Source: a virus
Lineage: Duplodnaviria; Heunggongvirae; Uroviricota; Caudoviricetes
DNA: 64,000 nt
Strand: one strand, 5' to 3'
IMG/VR virus record: IMGVR_UViG_3300010998_000001
Coordinates: 91,477 to 155,476 of that record
Shown here: piece by piece, positions 10,450-21,339 of the stretch
Layout of the letters: each line of letters begins with the position of its first letter
Position numbering within the stretch: the stretch's first letter is position 1
Program-made: the position numbers and the translations under genes
The notes under the pieces: model-generated
Told to the model about the DNA's origin: nothing
Databases searched by the model: none
The model's input: only the letters and a program-made list of their open reading frames with translations

Positions 10450-13180
10450 CTATCTTATCACCAACATACATTGTCCGCATATCAAAGACATGTCCACAAT
10501 ATTCAAATTCATCTCCACCATTGACAGGGAAGGAAATTGAATAGTCATTTCTCTTTAATAGATTATGTATAATAGTTTCACCAGCAACTTTCCAGGCAAA
10601 TTGTTTTGATTTTTCTGTCTGATAACAAATATCTAAAACAATATCGCAAAGCTCTAATTCGTTGCTACAAATCTTTTCTGCGGCGGACTTAAAACGATTA
10701 ATAAACTCTTCTTCTGAATTCTCATCTTCATCTGAAACGCCAGAATGAGCCACACGCTGAAAATATGCTTCTCTCTCGTGTGTATAATTTATATATAACT
10801 CTTTGATTGCGTTAAAATCTTTTTTACTGTATTCTGTTCCACTTTTTAAAATAGTATAATCAAATTCTTGATCTATGCGCGATCTAATTGCAGAAGAATC
10901 AAATTCATTTTCTATGATATGGCACAAACGGTTGATAACACAATCATTAAAACCTACGCTCATTCCATATTCATAGTGTTGTATGAAATCAACCATCTCT
11001 TTTGTTTTAGGCGTATATTCTAGTAGTTCTTTGAAACTCTGAATATTGTACTTACGAAATTTGCAAATAACTTTATAATCCGTGTTTTGCAAATACTTTC
11101 TCAGTTTTGTTTTTAGTGCCGGATATACATATATCATAAAGTATGGCTTGTGTGCTGCAACGATCTTCTTGTGAAATGCTTCCGCATCATCTCGCGGAAT
11201 GTCGCGCATTGAATACCAGTATGGAGGCATAGGTTTTGCAATAATGCCTTTAGCTCGATCTATTGTGTTCTGCTGAAAATTCTGTCCGCACATGATACGG
11301 TAATTAAGAATTTTGTATTCTTCACTATCAGGTTGAAAACCAGCTCTCCGCTCGATCATTGAAGTAACATGGTTAGTAACAACACCAATATCATCATTGA
11401 ACGCCAGTTTATTAGCTGCGATAATCTCATCCTCAGTAACTATCTTTTTCTCTGCTTTTCGCTGCACACATACAATTGTAGGCTTTTGTTGTAGGCTCTG
11501 AAGGATAATTGGATTATCCGTACACATATTGGTATCGCCATCAAAATCCGATCCATTCATTGCCTCACAGGTGCTATCAAAGGCATTGTGTATAAGCGCC
11601 GTATCTATATATTGAAACCAATGTAACGCCTCTGCCGAACGATTCAGACGAACCTTTCGGATGTTATTGCTGACTGTCATAGGGGCACGAAAACAAGCAA
11701 TCTCATCTGATCCTCTGTCAATCCAATACTTGTGATAACACTCACCAGCTCGCAATAGACCAGTTACAGGCAACCCAAACATACTTTGACACAGCGCATA
11801 CAAATCGCCGCTTATCATGGCATAATTGCCATTAACACGGATAGAACCCTTCTTAGCACAATCAATGCGTTTTTTTATCATAGTCTGAATGTTGCGCCGT
11901 ACATATGGGTCATTGATTGCCGCTGGCTCGATCATCAGCGCCTTTATATAATCGTCCTCGATCTTTAAAACATTCGACTCATTGAGGCTAAAACCAGCCA
12001 GGAACACTATAGCCTTGCGATAATCCATTCCGAGAACACCATTGATCTCATCAATCGTAGGTTGGCACAGCTCACGCAGCGCATCATCGTCCATATCAAT
12101 GTCCTGAAGGAACTGATAGTTAGTATCTCTTACATTCTCTAATTCATCAGGAGTCAGTTTTGCGGCAGAGAACTCATACCCGTTTTTAATACAGTTGCCA
12201 TAGTAATCTTCCCAACTATCGTAGCAATTCCACAACTTCAACATAGATTCTGTTAAGATGACTTCTGCATCTCTAACATCTCTATCGTCGCCCCATACAT
12301 CCTTTATCACATAAGACCCAGCGACTTTCTCTGCAAACTCCACAAAATCAAATGTATATACCATACCCTTAGTCCAGGCCCATCGTGAATTAAAACCAGA
12401 TACGGTTTTCTCTGGATCGCCGCCGAAGCTTGCATTGACTCTCTTAGAATACGACGGAAGCATCAAACCGTAGCCATCAGAATTGTTATGCTCGATCTCG
12501 TAATCCTTGACATATGACAAATCTGGTTCATCACCCTCTGAGTCCTGGATCAAAATGACATCTTCTTTAAAATGAGTAATACAGTCATTCACAACAATGA
12601 TTCCATGTGGCTGTGGTAGGGGAGTGGAGCCAGAACAAATGAGGGCTTGATATGCCTCAAGCTTGGCAGGAACCAGAGGGACATCATGATTGCGCCCGTT
12701 ATCTAACTTGGCTTTTAATGCCGGGTACAGCTTATCATTCACATAAACAATCGTGCTGTTCTTAATACCACCATTTGTCCCAAGAAATCTTCTGTACTTG
12801 ATGCCATTAACATAGAAACCTTTATTAGCGCGGTCATAATCAGAATTGCTCGCCATAACTACACAAATGTAATCTTGTTGAAACTGCAACTCATAAAGAA
12901 CACGATAGTATTCATTAATCATCTTCTTAGTTTCAACTGTCCTTGGCTTTTTCTTTTCTATCTTAATCTTTTTCTGTACTGCGCGGATTTCGTTATCAAT
13001 GTTTCGCACATTATTCAGTTTATCAATAAACCTTAGAACTTGACTCGTACCGATAGAAACCACTATCTCAGGGTAATCACGCAAGGCCTCGTCTAAAGGC
13101 AATTTTAAATTCCAATTAGCTTTCTTTAATTGTTTGCTGCTGATCTTGTATATCAAACGTAAGCAGCTCTGTTGTTTCAT
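10436..13180 (-). CDS. Large protein (914 aa) with a DFDGD metal-binding motif; candidate single-subunit two-barrel RNA polymerase (YonO/QDE-1-like). Function unproven.
   Basis: NGSDFDGDTNMCTDNP resembles the NADFDGD catalytic loop of multisubunit-type RNAPs and the DxDGD loop of cellular RdRPs. No Walker motifs and no PolA/PolB motifs are present. Confidence 0.35.
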   Translation of the reverse strand: MKQQSCLRLIYKISSKQLKKANWNLKLPLDEALRDYPEIVVSIGTSQVLRFIDKLNNVRNIDNEIRAVQKKIKIEKKKPRTVETKKMINEYYRVLYELQFQQDYICVVMASNSDYDRANKGFYVNGIKYRRFLGTNGGIKNSTIVYVNDKLYPALKAKLDNGRNHDVPLVPAKLEAYQALICSGSTPLPQPHGIIVVNDCITHFKEDVILIQDSEGDEPDLSYVKDYEIEHNNSDGYGLMLPSYSKRVNASFGGDPEKTVSGFNSRWAWTKGMVYTFDFVEFAEKVAGSYVIKDVWGDDRDVRDAEVILTESMLKLWNCYDSWEDYYGNCIKNGYEFSAAKLTPDELENVRDTNYQFLQDIDMDDDALRELCQPTIDEINGVLGMDYRKAIVFLAGFSLNESNVLKIEDDYIKALMIEPAAINDPYVRRNIQTMIKKRIDCAKKGSIRVNGNYAMISGDLYALCQSMFGLPVTGLLRAGECYHKYWIDRGSDEIACFRAPMTVSNNIRKVRLNRSAEALHWFQYIDTALIHNAFDSTCEAMNGSDFDGDTNMCTDNPIILQSLQQKPTIVCVQRKAEKKIVTEDEIIAANKLAFNDDIGVVTNHVTSMIERRAGFQPDSEEYKILNYRIMCGQNFQQNTIDRAKGIIAKPMPPYWYSMRDIPRDDAEAFHKKIVAAHKPYFMIYVYPALKTKLRKYLQNTDYKVICKFRKYNIQSFKELLEYTPKTKEMVDFIQHYEYGMSVGFNDCVINRLCHIIENEFDSSAIRSRIDQEFDYTILKSGTEYSKKDFNAIKELYINYTHEREAYFQRVAHSGVSDEDENSEEEFINRFKSAAEKICSNELELCDIVLDICYQTEKSKQFAWKVAGETIIHNLLKRNDYSISFPVNGGDEFEYCGHVFDMRTMYVGDKIDDYT

Positions 13181-13283
13181 CCAATCACCTACCGGGTCAT
13201 TTTTGTATTACAATACAATAGTTATAAACCATCAATGACATTGCGTAATATGGAAGCTCATATAAACTCTGGATATAAAAAAC

Positions 13284-13724
13284 TTATTGCACATCAATAG
13301 TTTTTCGACTTGCTTTGAGACGTTCCGCAATCTGCGCTCTTTGTTCATCTGAGAGGATGACCTTGCGCGGCGGGGATACCTTAATCCACTTCTTCGGCAC
13401 TATGTAATCTGCAAAATCACCACCACGAGATTCATGCTCCAATCTACATTCATCTGGATACTGTTCTGCCAATGAGCGCAACCTATTTAATAATGCGCGA
13501 TTTCCAGTATAAACACCAGCCTCATCTTCGGCATCGTTGTAAGTGATAACCGTTTCTGTTTCTAGTTTTGAATATCTTTCAGCCATCTCCACCAACCTTT
13601 CTAATAATCCAACACATAAACTCAAGCAACTCGATAAAAATAAAGATAGGAAGTGAGAACGGCCAAACAAAGCCAACCACTGTACTTTCCATATAATCAA
13701 TCTTATCGTCTGATTTCTTAACAC
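13284..13724 (-). CDS. Hypothetical protein (146 aa)
   Basis: ORF track. Confidence 0.4.
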   Translation of the reverse strand: MLRNQTIRLIIWKVQWLALFGRSHFLSLFLSSCLSLCVGLLERLVEMAERYSKLETETVITYNDAEDEAGVYTGNRALLNRLRSLAEQYPDECRLEHESRGGDFADYIVPKKWIKVSPPRKVILSDEQRAQIAERLKASRKTIDVQ

Positions 13725-13793
13725 TATGCAAGCTTATCATAGACATGATAAACCACATAACAAAATAACCGACAATTCCAATAATCAACCACA

Positions 13794-14207
13794 TTATGAT
13801 TCACCGCCGATCTTTTCTCTTACTTGTTTCACACTGAGCGAACAAGGAAGATGCTGCCATGCCACCACCTCGTCATCACACAGTTCGTTATCAACAACCC
13901 AATTTCGCCCAAGTCGCCAGCCGCATACCGTATATGTATCTGGATGATCGTATCTATCACACAGACACATTAGAATGACCATTTCATTCTCTGGCGGTTT
14001 GGAAATGCAACACCAATTCCACGGGTCTTTTATTGGCGGCGAGGTCAGAACCTTTGAGGGAAGTTTATCTACACTCCTTGGGATAATTTTGCCGCTAGGC
14101 GTAGGAGGCGGAATCAACGTCCATCCACGCAGACTTTCCTTTTCTATGTATTCAGTCATCCTGATCTGCTTCCTCCAGAGCTGTTGGATTATCAAATATA
14201 TTTCCAA
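13794..14207 (-). CDS. Hypothetical protein (137 aa)
   Basis: ORF track. Confidence 0.4.
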   Translation of the reverse strand: MEIYLIIQQLWRKQIRMTEYIEKESLRGWTLIPPPTPSGKIIPRSVDKLPSKVLTSPPIKDPWNWCCISKPPENEMVILMCLCDRYDHPDTYTVCGWRLGRNWVVDNELCDDEVVAWQHLPCSLSVKQVREKIGGES

Positions 14208-14604
14208 TCATCTCGCCCTCAAACTTCCCGTCAAACAGCCACGCTTGCAGAAAGTAATTTCCTGCGCAGAAACCGCCCTCATCAAATTCAACAACATAGC
14301 GCACAAGACTATCATCATTGAAACTCTTAACTCGGATAACATCACCCTCGAAAATAGGTTTCTTATTCCTATCGTCTATTCCAGAATACCTACCAACAGT
14401 CTTAGGATCAACCTCAATTGCCACCAGCTCTCTTGGCATATTCCAATCTGCGAAACTGTCAAAGAAAATATAATGTTCTATCTCATTATCTTTTAATCCG
14501 TCGCCAATCACACATGGCTGTCTTTTCTCATGTCTCACATAATAGCCAAAGCGCCAATACCCGTTCAAATCCTTTGCGCGACTAATTTGATTTTCCAATT
14601 TCAT
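14152..14604 (-). CDS. Hypothetical protein (150 aa)
   Basis: ORF track. Confidence 0.4.
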   Translation of the reverse strand: MKLENQISRAKDLNGYWRFGYYVRHEKRQPCVIGDGLKDNEIEHYIFFDSFADWNMPRELVAIEVDPKTVGRYSGIDDRNKKPIFEGDVIRVKSFNDDSLVRYVVEFDEGGFCAGNYFLQAWLFDGKFEGEMIGNIFDNPTALEEADQDD

Positions 14605-14866
14605 CTAACAATTCCTTTCCAGCACGATACGCCTCTAATGCGCCGCGTAAATACAACTCTTCATCTTCTGTAACATCTGCCATAAACAAGTAATCATTAT
14701 GGCGAATAAACCCGATCTGTTTCAAAAACGTATTGAATTGTTCTCCCATATCAAATAGCATTTCAGTTGATGGGGAATCCATTTCAGTATGAGCCGTATT
14801 AATTCTTCCATAACGATCTTTATGTCCAAAATCCAATTCCCAATGAATCATACAAGGACTAATCAT
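14582..14866 (-). CDS. Hypothetical protein (94 aa)
   Basis: ORF track. Confidence 0.4.
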   Translation of the reverse strand: MISPCMIHWELDFGHKDRYGRINTAHTEMDSPSTEMLFDMGEQFNTFLKQIGFIRHNDYLFMADVTEDEELYLRGALEAYRAGKELLDEIGKSN

Positions 14867-15024
14867 GTTGAACCTCCCGCCATAAATCCTGCCAGCATAA
14901 TTGCTACGCCTATAAATTGCGCGTCATTTGACAAATCTGTATATCCACCATTTGCTATACCATAAAGCAAGGCGAGTGATAAAATGAAACCTAAAACCTT
15001 ATTGCGTGGCATCTATATTATCCT

Positions 15025-15471
15025 CTAACGATTTCTAAACCTTGAATTGCTCCTGGCATCCAATACGCGACGAATGCCAGCTACAGAAAGATCAGCCGTG
15101 AATACACAGTCGCAATTGTCACACTCACACTCGGCGCTCATCATATCGTCCGCATAGTCGATCTCTCGCATATTAGGACTCCCACAGCTCAGACAAAGAA
15201 TAATGTCGTTATCTGAAATATCGCAAACGAAATCGCCAAGCATATCATCCCATCCATCATTCAGGTCTGACCATACATGTCTGCAACGTTCACACAAACA
15301 ATAATCATTGAACTCTCCGCTAACTACGCCAGTTTCGCGGGAGTAATGATCTCCAATATGGATAGGGGCGCGACAGTATTCACACCGATAATTTTTCCGA
15401 GCTGTCCTATATTGACTATTCCAAAAACTCATTAGTAGGCACCATGACAATGCCAGCAGAACTCTTATCAC
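15025..15471 (-). CDS. Cys-rich hypothetical protein (148 aa, several CxxC pairs)
   Basis: ORF track; CEYCRAP...CERCRH...CLSCG...CECDNC. Confidence 0.4.
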   Translation of the reverse strand: MIRVLLALSWCLLMSFWNSQYRTARKNYRCEYCRAPIHIGDHYSRETGVVSGEFNDYCLCERCRHVWSDLNDGWDDMLGDFVCDISDNDIILCLSCGSPNMREIDYADDMMSAECECDNCDCVFTADLSVAGIRRVLDARSNSRFRNR

Positions 15472-15631
15472 AACAAGGGCAATTGCAAACAGGATAAGGT
15501 TTTAGTTGCCCTTGCTGTAGTATATATTCATCGTTATTTGCTTCCCACTTGCAACCGCAATTCCAGCAAGTAAATATAGCTGGCCTTTTTGTATTCTCCA
15601 AATTTCCTTCTTTAAGAATTCTCATAATCAC
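15416..15631 (-). CDS. Small Cys-rich protein (71 aa)
   Basis: CWNCGC...CNCPCC. Confidence 0.35.
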   Translation of the reverse strand: MIMRILKEGNLENTKRPAIFTCWNCGCKWEANNDEYILQQGQLKPYPVCNCPCCDKSSAGIVMVPTNEFLE

Positions 15632-16119
15632 CAGTCCACATATACATCAAGCGTATTCGCTGTGGCACAATAATCGTAAACACAACCTTGTTTACCAAGC
15701 GGAGTATCTACAACCGTTCCTTTCTCAAGTGTATTAGAAGCCAAACATATGTAATCGTTCTCGTCGCACACATATCCATCATCGTCAACGTGGCGACCTG
15801 GGATCGACAGCCCGCCGCCAGGGAGGACTCTCTGACTATACCAAGTCCAGCGCCAGCCATTCCAATTCAAAACGCCCATCCATTGAAAATCAGAAGGTTC
15901 ATATAATCGCGGCGAAGTAGTTTCCTCTTCTGATTCATCTGTTGGTTTCTCCAAAATCAATTCTCTTGATGCGCGGCCAATCATCACAATTGGCTGTGTG
16001 ATCTCCGGCGCTGGTGTTTCTTCTACAATTGTTTCTGTATTATCTGTTCGGCTCGTACACGCCGCCGCTGTAAAGATCACGAATGCGGCAAGCACCAGCC
16101 AAAATATTCGTTTACTCAT
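15628..16119 (-). CDS. Lipoprotein with a C-terminal 3D-like (MltA-type, Asp-rich) domain; candidate peptidoglycan-binding or lytic protein
   Basis: Signal peptide plus lipobox MSKRIFWLVLAAFVIFTAAAC. The C-terminus reads DTPLGKQGCVYDYCATANTLDVYVDW. Confidence 0.45.
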   Translation of the reverse strand: MSKRIFWLVLAAFVIFTAAACTSRTDNTETIVEETPAPEITQPIVMIGRASRELILEKPTDESEEETTSPRLYEPSDFQWMGVLNWNGWRWTWYSQRVLPGGGLSIPGRHVDDDGYVCDENDYICLASNTLEKGTVVDTPLGKQGCVYDYCATANTLDVYVDW

Positions 16120-16486
16120 TATGTATCCCTAGCATCTCCTGTATGTAAAAAAGAATATGTTTTGATGAAATTCTTAGAAATCTTGCCTGAGATTGACAGT
16201 CATCAAATGGCACGATTCCTGAATCCTCTGGCGGAAGTTCGCATTGTCCTATAATGAAATCAAATAATCTCAAACAGGATTCTAATGCGAAAACGTGTTC
16301 CACATAGGATTTAAATTCATCTGGCTCTAATCCAGTATCTTCATAATCCGCGAGCTTGCGTAATGCAATTTGTTCGCACTCACGCTCCGTAAAAAAATTC
16401 TGCCAATCAAAAGATTCTGAATTATACATTACATTCTCTGTTGGCTTATCATTTTGATCTTTCTGTCTATATGTAAGTCTCTTCAA
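16112..16486 (-). CDS. Hypothetical protein (124 aa)
   Basis: ORF track. Confidence 0.4.
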   Translation of the reverse strand: MKRLTYRQKDQNDKPTENVMYNSESFDWQNFFTERECEQIALRKLADYEDTGLEPDEFKSYVEHVFALESCLRLFDFIIGQCELPPEDSGIVPFDDCQSQARFLRISSKHILFYIQEMLGIHNE

Positions 16487-16797
16487 ATTTCGCGCCTCTG
16501 TGTTTCATATCTCCATGGCCCATCCATACCATCATTAATACAAAAATTGCGTAGGCATTTAGGACACACTAAATAATCAATTGCATTTCTAACGCGGCCA
16601 GTGTAATAACGCACACCGTATTCAACCGTCGTTTCTTCTTCTGTGAACCATACGGCCTCTAGCTCACAGCCGCAATATGCACATTCACCGTACTTGCTCA
16701 TAGCGCTCCCAGCGTTTGCAATAATCGTCCCACATAACAGCGCCAATGCTCCAAAATTTACATGGTGCGTGGCCGCAAGCGTTATGGACTCCATCAT
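16483..16797 (-). CDS. Hypothetical Cys-containing protein (104 aa)
   Basis: ORF track. Confidence 0.4.
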   Translation of the reverse strand: MMESITLAATHHVNFGALALLCGTIIANAGSAMSKYGECAYCGCELEAVWFTEEETTVEYGVRYYTGRVRNAIDYLVCPKCLRNFCINDGMDGPWRYETQRREI

Positions 16798-16910
16798 AAT
16801 GAATACAGGTATTGCAGTGCCGCTCTAAAATGCTGATCGCCACTTCTAGCGCCTCGGCCCATTTACCGAATACACATGGCCGGAACTTCTCTTTTAAAAA
16901 ATTGGCGGCT

Positions 16911-17117
16911 TCATAATTCGTCATCCCACATATCTCCGTCCCTGATTATATTAATAACTTCCACTTTCGTAATCTTTCGACCACACCATGGACAAAAACG
17001 ATATGAAACACTTCCACCACCGCCACACTTTGCGCAATATGTTCGGCCAGGTTTGCCCCAAGACTGATTAACACCTTCTATGTATTCATGTTTCCAATAA
17101 CTTGTATCAGTCATCAC
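16911..17117 (-). CDS. Small zinc-ribbon protein (68 aa)
   Basis: CAKCGG...CPWCG. Confidence 0.4.
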   Translation of the reverse strand: MMTDTSYWKHEYIEGVNQSWGKPGRTYCAKCGGGGSVSYRFCPWCGRKITKVEVINIIRDGDMWDDEL

Positions 17118-17412
17118 TACACCTTGATTTCAGCCAATCGAGCCACATGCTTTTACACACGGCCATCTTAGTTTCATTTTCTCCATACTCATCTCTCAGT
17201 TGCAACTTGGTATGATAATCTGCCAGTTCATCATCAGACATGGCGCGAATCTTATCAGCCTTTGTCTGAGGCTGTCTATTACGAACCTTTTCAATGCCTC
17301 TCTTAAATCCTCTAATATAAGCCTCTTTGATCGTGCCGCCCATGTCTCTACGAAGGTCTTGACATTCAGAAGTCCAGCAGTTTTCAGCCGCAAGTATAAC
17401 TTTATCAATCAT
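17107..17412 (-). CDS. Hypothetical protein (101 aa)
   Basis: ORF track. Confidence 0.4.
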   Translation of the reverse strand: MIDKVILAAENCWTSECQDLRRDMGGTIKEAYIRGFKRGIEKVRNRQPQTKADKIRAMSDDELADYHTKLQLRDEYGENETKMAVCKSMWLDWLKSRCSDD

Positions 17413-17842
17413 TGATTTTCATTCCCTCATCCATACGAGCGCCGCAAAACCAGCAGTAGTGTCCGCGAATCGCTGTACTTGCATTATCATGATTTCCGCA
17501 ATTAGAACACTGATATTTTGTTCCAAATCCCGGCCCCGTCTTTTTAATCCAATGTGCATGGACTACTTTCACAACATCATCCATCTGTTCGCCTAAACCC
17601 TTGCCAATGGACTCAAGCTGTTGGATAGCAATGTCGCGTTCCCATACTGCTTGATCGTAAGCACCATTTGATACTGCATCGGCAGATGGAATATCAGCAA
17701 TATGTTTCTTCACGCCAGCAACATCAATCACGGCAGATAAAGCACTCTTGCGCTGAAATGCCTCATGCTGAGACAGCTCCGCGATCCTCTTGTCAACTGC
17801 TGCCATAGCATCGTCGCTGTAGATTAATTTGCGCTCACTCAT
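17405..17842 (-). CDS. Hypothetical protein with a C-terminal zinc ribbon (145 aa)
   Basis: CSNCG...CWFCG. Confidence 0.4.
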   Translation of the reverse strand: MSERKLIYSDDAMAAVDKRIAELSQHEAFQRKSALSAVIDVAGVKKHIADIPSADAVSNGAYDQAVWERDIAIQQLESIGKGLGEQMDDVVKVVHAHWIKKTGPGFGTKYQCSNCGNHDNASTAIRGHYCWFCGARMDEGMKIND

Positions 17843-18181
17843 TTTTTATATCCATCCTTGAACCGCATATAGGGCAATAAGGCAATCTCTTCGCAACCAT
17901 AGCATCACATTCTGAGCAATCAAAAGCATCTTCCAGGTCATCGACTGGTATCCATTCTCCATGCCGCATAACATGCACATTACCAATAGCGATAGCATTT
18001 AAAAGACCTACCAAATTGCCTAGACTATTTTATTCGCACCATAATAGTAAGCTGCCGATCTCTTCTGGTTCTACATCCAAATCCTCATAGATCATCAGCT
18101 TGTTATAAATCTCTCGCCAAATTCTCTCATTGGCATAAACCACATAAGGTTTTAAGCCACTGTCATGAGACGTTAATCTGT

Positions 18182-18793
18182 TCATACCTTTATGTACCTC
18201 TCAAGCTCAAGCTCTTTTTCATGTTCCAGTTGATCCCGCCACTCGCGCACAATCCTAATCACTTCATCCATATCATCTAAGTAAAATGTCTCGATATATG
18301 CTTCACTATTTCCCGATTCATCAGCGGCAAACTTATACAATGTGATTGTCCTGAATACATGATCTTCATTGTGCCAAACATCTACATTGAATTTCTCCTT
18401 GAGTTCATTGCACAGATCATTGAGCTGCGCAAACTTAACCTTCTCAAAGTAAAATTCAACGTGCCGGGGCCAGGAAGAGAAGAAACCGTAATTGCATCCG
18501 ACTTTGTATATGTAATTGTCCCGCGCCAGCTTAGAAGGGATTTCAGAAATCATCTTCCTAAAGTATTCAACTGAATGGGCGCGTTTGTAGTGATTACATG
18601 AGCGGCAAGAGGGGAATAGGTTGTCCATATCATCCGTGCCGCACTCTTGTTCATTCCATGCGTGAATAGGCACTACATGATCTACTTGCATATCTTTATA
18701 ATCAATCATCCGGCCACAATAAGCGCAATGGCCGTCAAACTTTTTGTATATCTCTTCTCGTTGCGCTTTCGTCAGTTTCTTTCGCTCCGCCAT
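18182..18793 (-). CDS. HNH endonuclease
   Basis: DGHCAYCGRMIDYKDMQVDHVVPIHAW...NLFPSCRSCNHYK. Confidence 0.75.
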   Translation of the reverse strand: MAERKKLTKAQREEIYKKFDGHCAYCGRMIDYKDMQVDHVVPIHAWNEQECGTDDMDNLFPSCRSCNHYKRAHSVEYFRKMISEIPSKLARDNYIYKVGCNYGFFSSWPRHVEFYFEKVKFAQLNDLCNELKEKFNVDVWHNEDHVFRTITLYKFAADESGNSEAYIETFYLDDMDEVIRIVREWRDQLEHEKELELERYIKV

Positions 18794-18819
18794 AACTTAC
18801 CATCCTAATATATTATATG

Positions 18820-19170
18820 TCACACCTTAGTTGGTTGTTCCGTATTAACCATAAAACAAGCGAACATCTTTTCTTCCGGCATCCAGCTAATGTCCATCTC
18901 TGGTTCATACGATAACAGGTCAATGACCTGATAGAGATGAAAGCAGTAGTCAATATTGCCGCGTCTGACGTTCCGCAAAATGTCATTAATAAACTCTGAG
19001 TAAAAGTAATCTATAGAAAAGCCAGAAGGAGAGAAGAGGCCAACAGAGGAATCATAAGGCATCCATCTCTCTTGCACAGGAACGATACAGCTGCGAAGAG
19101 CTGATAAGACAGACTCCCATTCTGCTCGCCCGATCTGCTCAAGGGCCTTCTCTTGTTCTTGAAAAATCAA
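18820..19170 (-). CDS. Hypothetical protein (116 aa)
   Basis: ORF track. Confidence 0.4.
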   Translation of the reverse strand: MIFQEQEKALEQIGRAEWESVLSALRSCIVPVQERWMPYDSSVGLFSPSGFSIDYFYSEFINDILRNVRRGNIDYCFHLYQVIDLLSYEPEMDISWMPEEKMFACFMVNTEQPTKV

Positions 19171-19319
19171 ATTGCATTGTAACCTCCTATGAAGCTCCGC
19201 TGGCCGCGATCAATCTACGTTCAATTAATTGAAGCCAGACCCGGTAATTTCCTGGCTCTTATTATACACGCCTAAATCTGGTTTGTCAACCCTTAGTTTG
19301 TTTTGCGCTTTAGAGCTGC

Positions 19320-19500
19320 CGCCCTCCCGCCATTCAGAAACACCCTATAAAGAAGAAAAGAACTAAAAGAAGAAATTTAATATAAGAATTATAGTATATT
19401 AAATAAAGTATATTATAATACTCTTTAATATAATATACTCCTATTATTATATATATTAACTTCTTATATAATGTATAATATATAATATAATAATAGTAGT
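19320..19500. repeat. Extremely AT-rich stretch with nested palindromes (AGTATATTATAATACT-like); candidate DNA-unwinding element in the divergent control region
   Basis: Direct reading. Sits between the leftward and rightward gene blocks. Confidence 0.4.
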
Positions 19501-19599
19501 AACGAGGAACATCAAAAATTTCTATTCATTTTTAAAAGAATTTGAGCAAATTTCAAATGAATTTCACAAGATTTTGAAAATCATCTTTCTTGCGCCAGA

Positions 19600-19960
19600 G
19601 AGAAACATCATTAAACTGTTTTGCGCCAAAGGATGGGAAGTTTGGAATTAGTTATTCTCGCGCAACAGATATACCTTGAAGAATGTTTTCGATAATCCAA
19701 GTATGAAAATCAACTTTGTACCATGTCATGGGAACTTTTGAATTTGTTCGGGAGATATTCGAGAAAAGTTAAGTTTGTGCCATAAGCTGGGAGATTTTGA
19801 AATTTCTTCGGTGAGCTGGAAATTGGGTGGAGTGTGGGGTGTATCACATTCTTCCCAATTTATGGGAACTTTTATTCGTTAAAATGTAAAAGTACCCCCT
19901 TATATTTTGCGTCGGAATTTGTGTAAATATTCCCCAATTTATGGGCAATTCCATAAAAGG
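19600..19960. repeat. Iteron-like imperfect direct repeats (TGGGAAsTTTTGAAtTT), 5-6 copies with 57-95 bp spacing
   Basis: Copies sit near 19634, 19729, 19786, 19862 and 19941. The region is non-coding. Confidence 0.45.
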
Positions 19961-20759
19961 TCATTTTTTGGAATTAAAGAATAAACCATGTAATAAAATA
20001 CTGTTTTCATAATTCCCGAAAAAAGTTAGTGTTATCAATGGTTTGTGTTAATGAATGATTTTTTTATTGATGTTTTCGGGAAGGGTATCGGTAAAGGATA
20101 TTAACCGATAATCGTTTAATTTTCGTTTCAAATTCGTCTAGTAATATTTCTCCCATATTATGGACATTTTTGCACTATTAAAAGAAAATTCGTCTATTTT
20201 ACGTTCTCAAATAGTATAATTTCATCCTAGTTTATTATCTGCTTTTCTAACTTGCGGCGATAGCTGCAACATAAATACACATAATAATTTCAACACGTCA
20301 AATATGATTATCAACACACTAATATCAATTATCCGCTTTCTGCTATTTGCATAAATACATAATATATTTATCTCATTTGCGCCGCAATCACAATACACCG
20401 CTATATTATATTTACACCACGCTATTTATATTACATCTAATCTATTTCATACTCAAGTATCACAAATTGAAACATAAATATAAACATATAATGAACACAA
20501 GATAGATCGCCAGAAAATTTATAGGATAATTGCGTAAGAAAAATCAAAAGGAATTAACAGAAAAACATATCAAGAAAATCAGCATAAAAAATAGATCATA
20601 AATAGAATGAATGAAGTTATATCACTCGCGGCGACATAGTAAAAACAATTCATAATCCCATCAAGAATTAACAATAGAATAAACCAAAGAGAAAACGCAA
20701 GAGTAAACAATATAAAAACTACATAATAAACGGCATAGAAAACGCGCCGCAAATCATAT

Positions 20760-20990
20760 TAAATATCGTCCTGGCATCCGGCGCTGTTAATATCTGGTAA
20801 TTCATTTACTGGGGTAAATCCCTATGGTATTTACTGGTAAATTCATCATATCGAATATGGTAAATCATGGGAATTATCGCACGGCCTTAATTGGCAAGAA
20901 ATGGGAATTATGATCGCGGCATAATTACCATAAACTGTAAAACAGAATTACCAAAAAATGGTCAAGTTGATTTAATATCATCATGGCAAG
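20760..20990. repeat. Second family of short direct repeats (TGGTAAaT / GGGAATTAT), 7 or more copies
   Basis: Direct reading. Confidence 0.35.
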
Positions 20991-21310
20991 AATTACAAAA
21001 TATTATAACAGTCATTCTAAAAAATCCCTATATTTTATTGTATATGCTTTTCCTCTGGTATCCGTCTATTTGACACGAGCGATTTGCTATATATAATGTA
21101 TAGGCTTTTCATACGTTCAAATTTTAGGCATGATTTACGCCTATTCAGAACATGCAGCAACGCGCCGGAAATGGCAAAACATGGTAAATCCAGGACTGAA
21201 AATCAAACTTTTTTCAAAAAATTTAGTTTCAAAAAATCCAGCATTATCAAGGCTTTGCGGGCTTTTCAAGAGAATTTTTTCAAAAAATCGAAAAAAGTTG
21301 TTGACATTGG

Positions 21311-21339
21311 ATTACGGCGAAGGTATTATAGTACCAGAA
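21311..21339 (+). promoter_or_regulatory. Sigma70-type promoter (TTGACA-N17-TATTAT), the first rightward promoter
   Basis: ttgacattggattacggcgaaggtattat; preceded by three TTTTTTCAAAAAAT A/T tracts. Confidence 0.5.
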
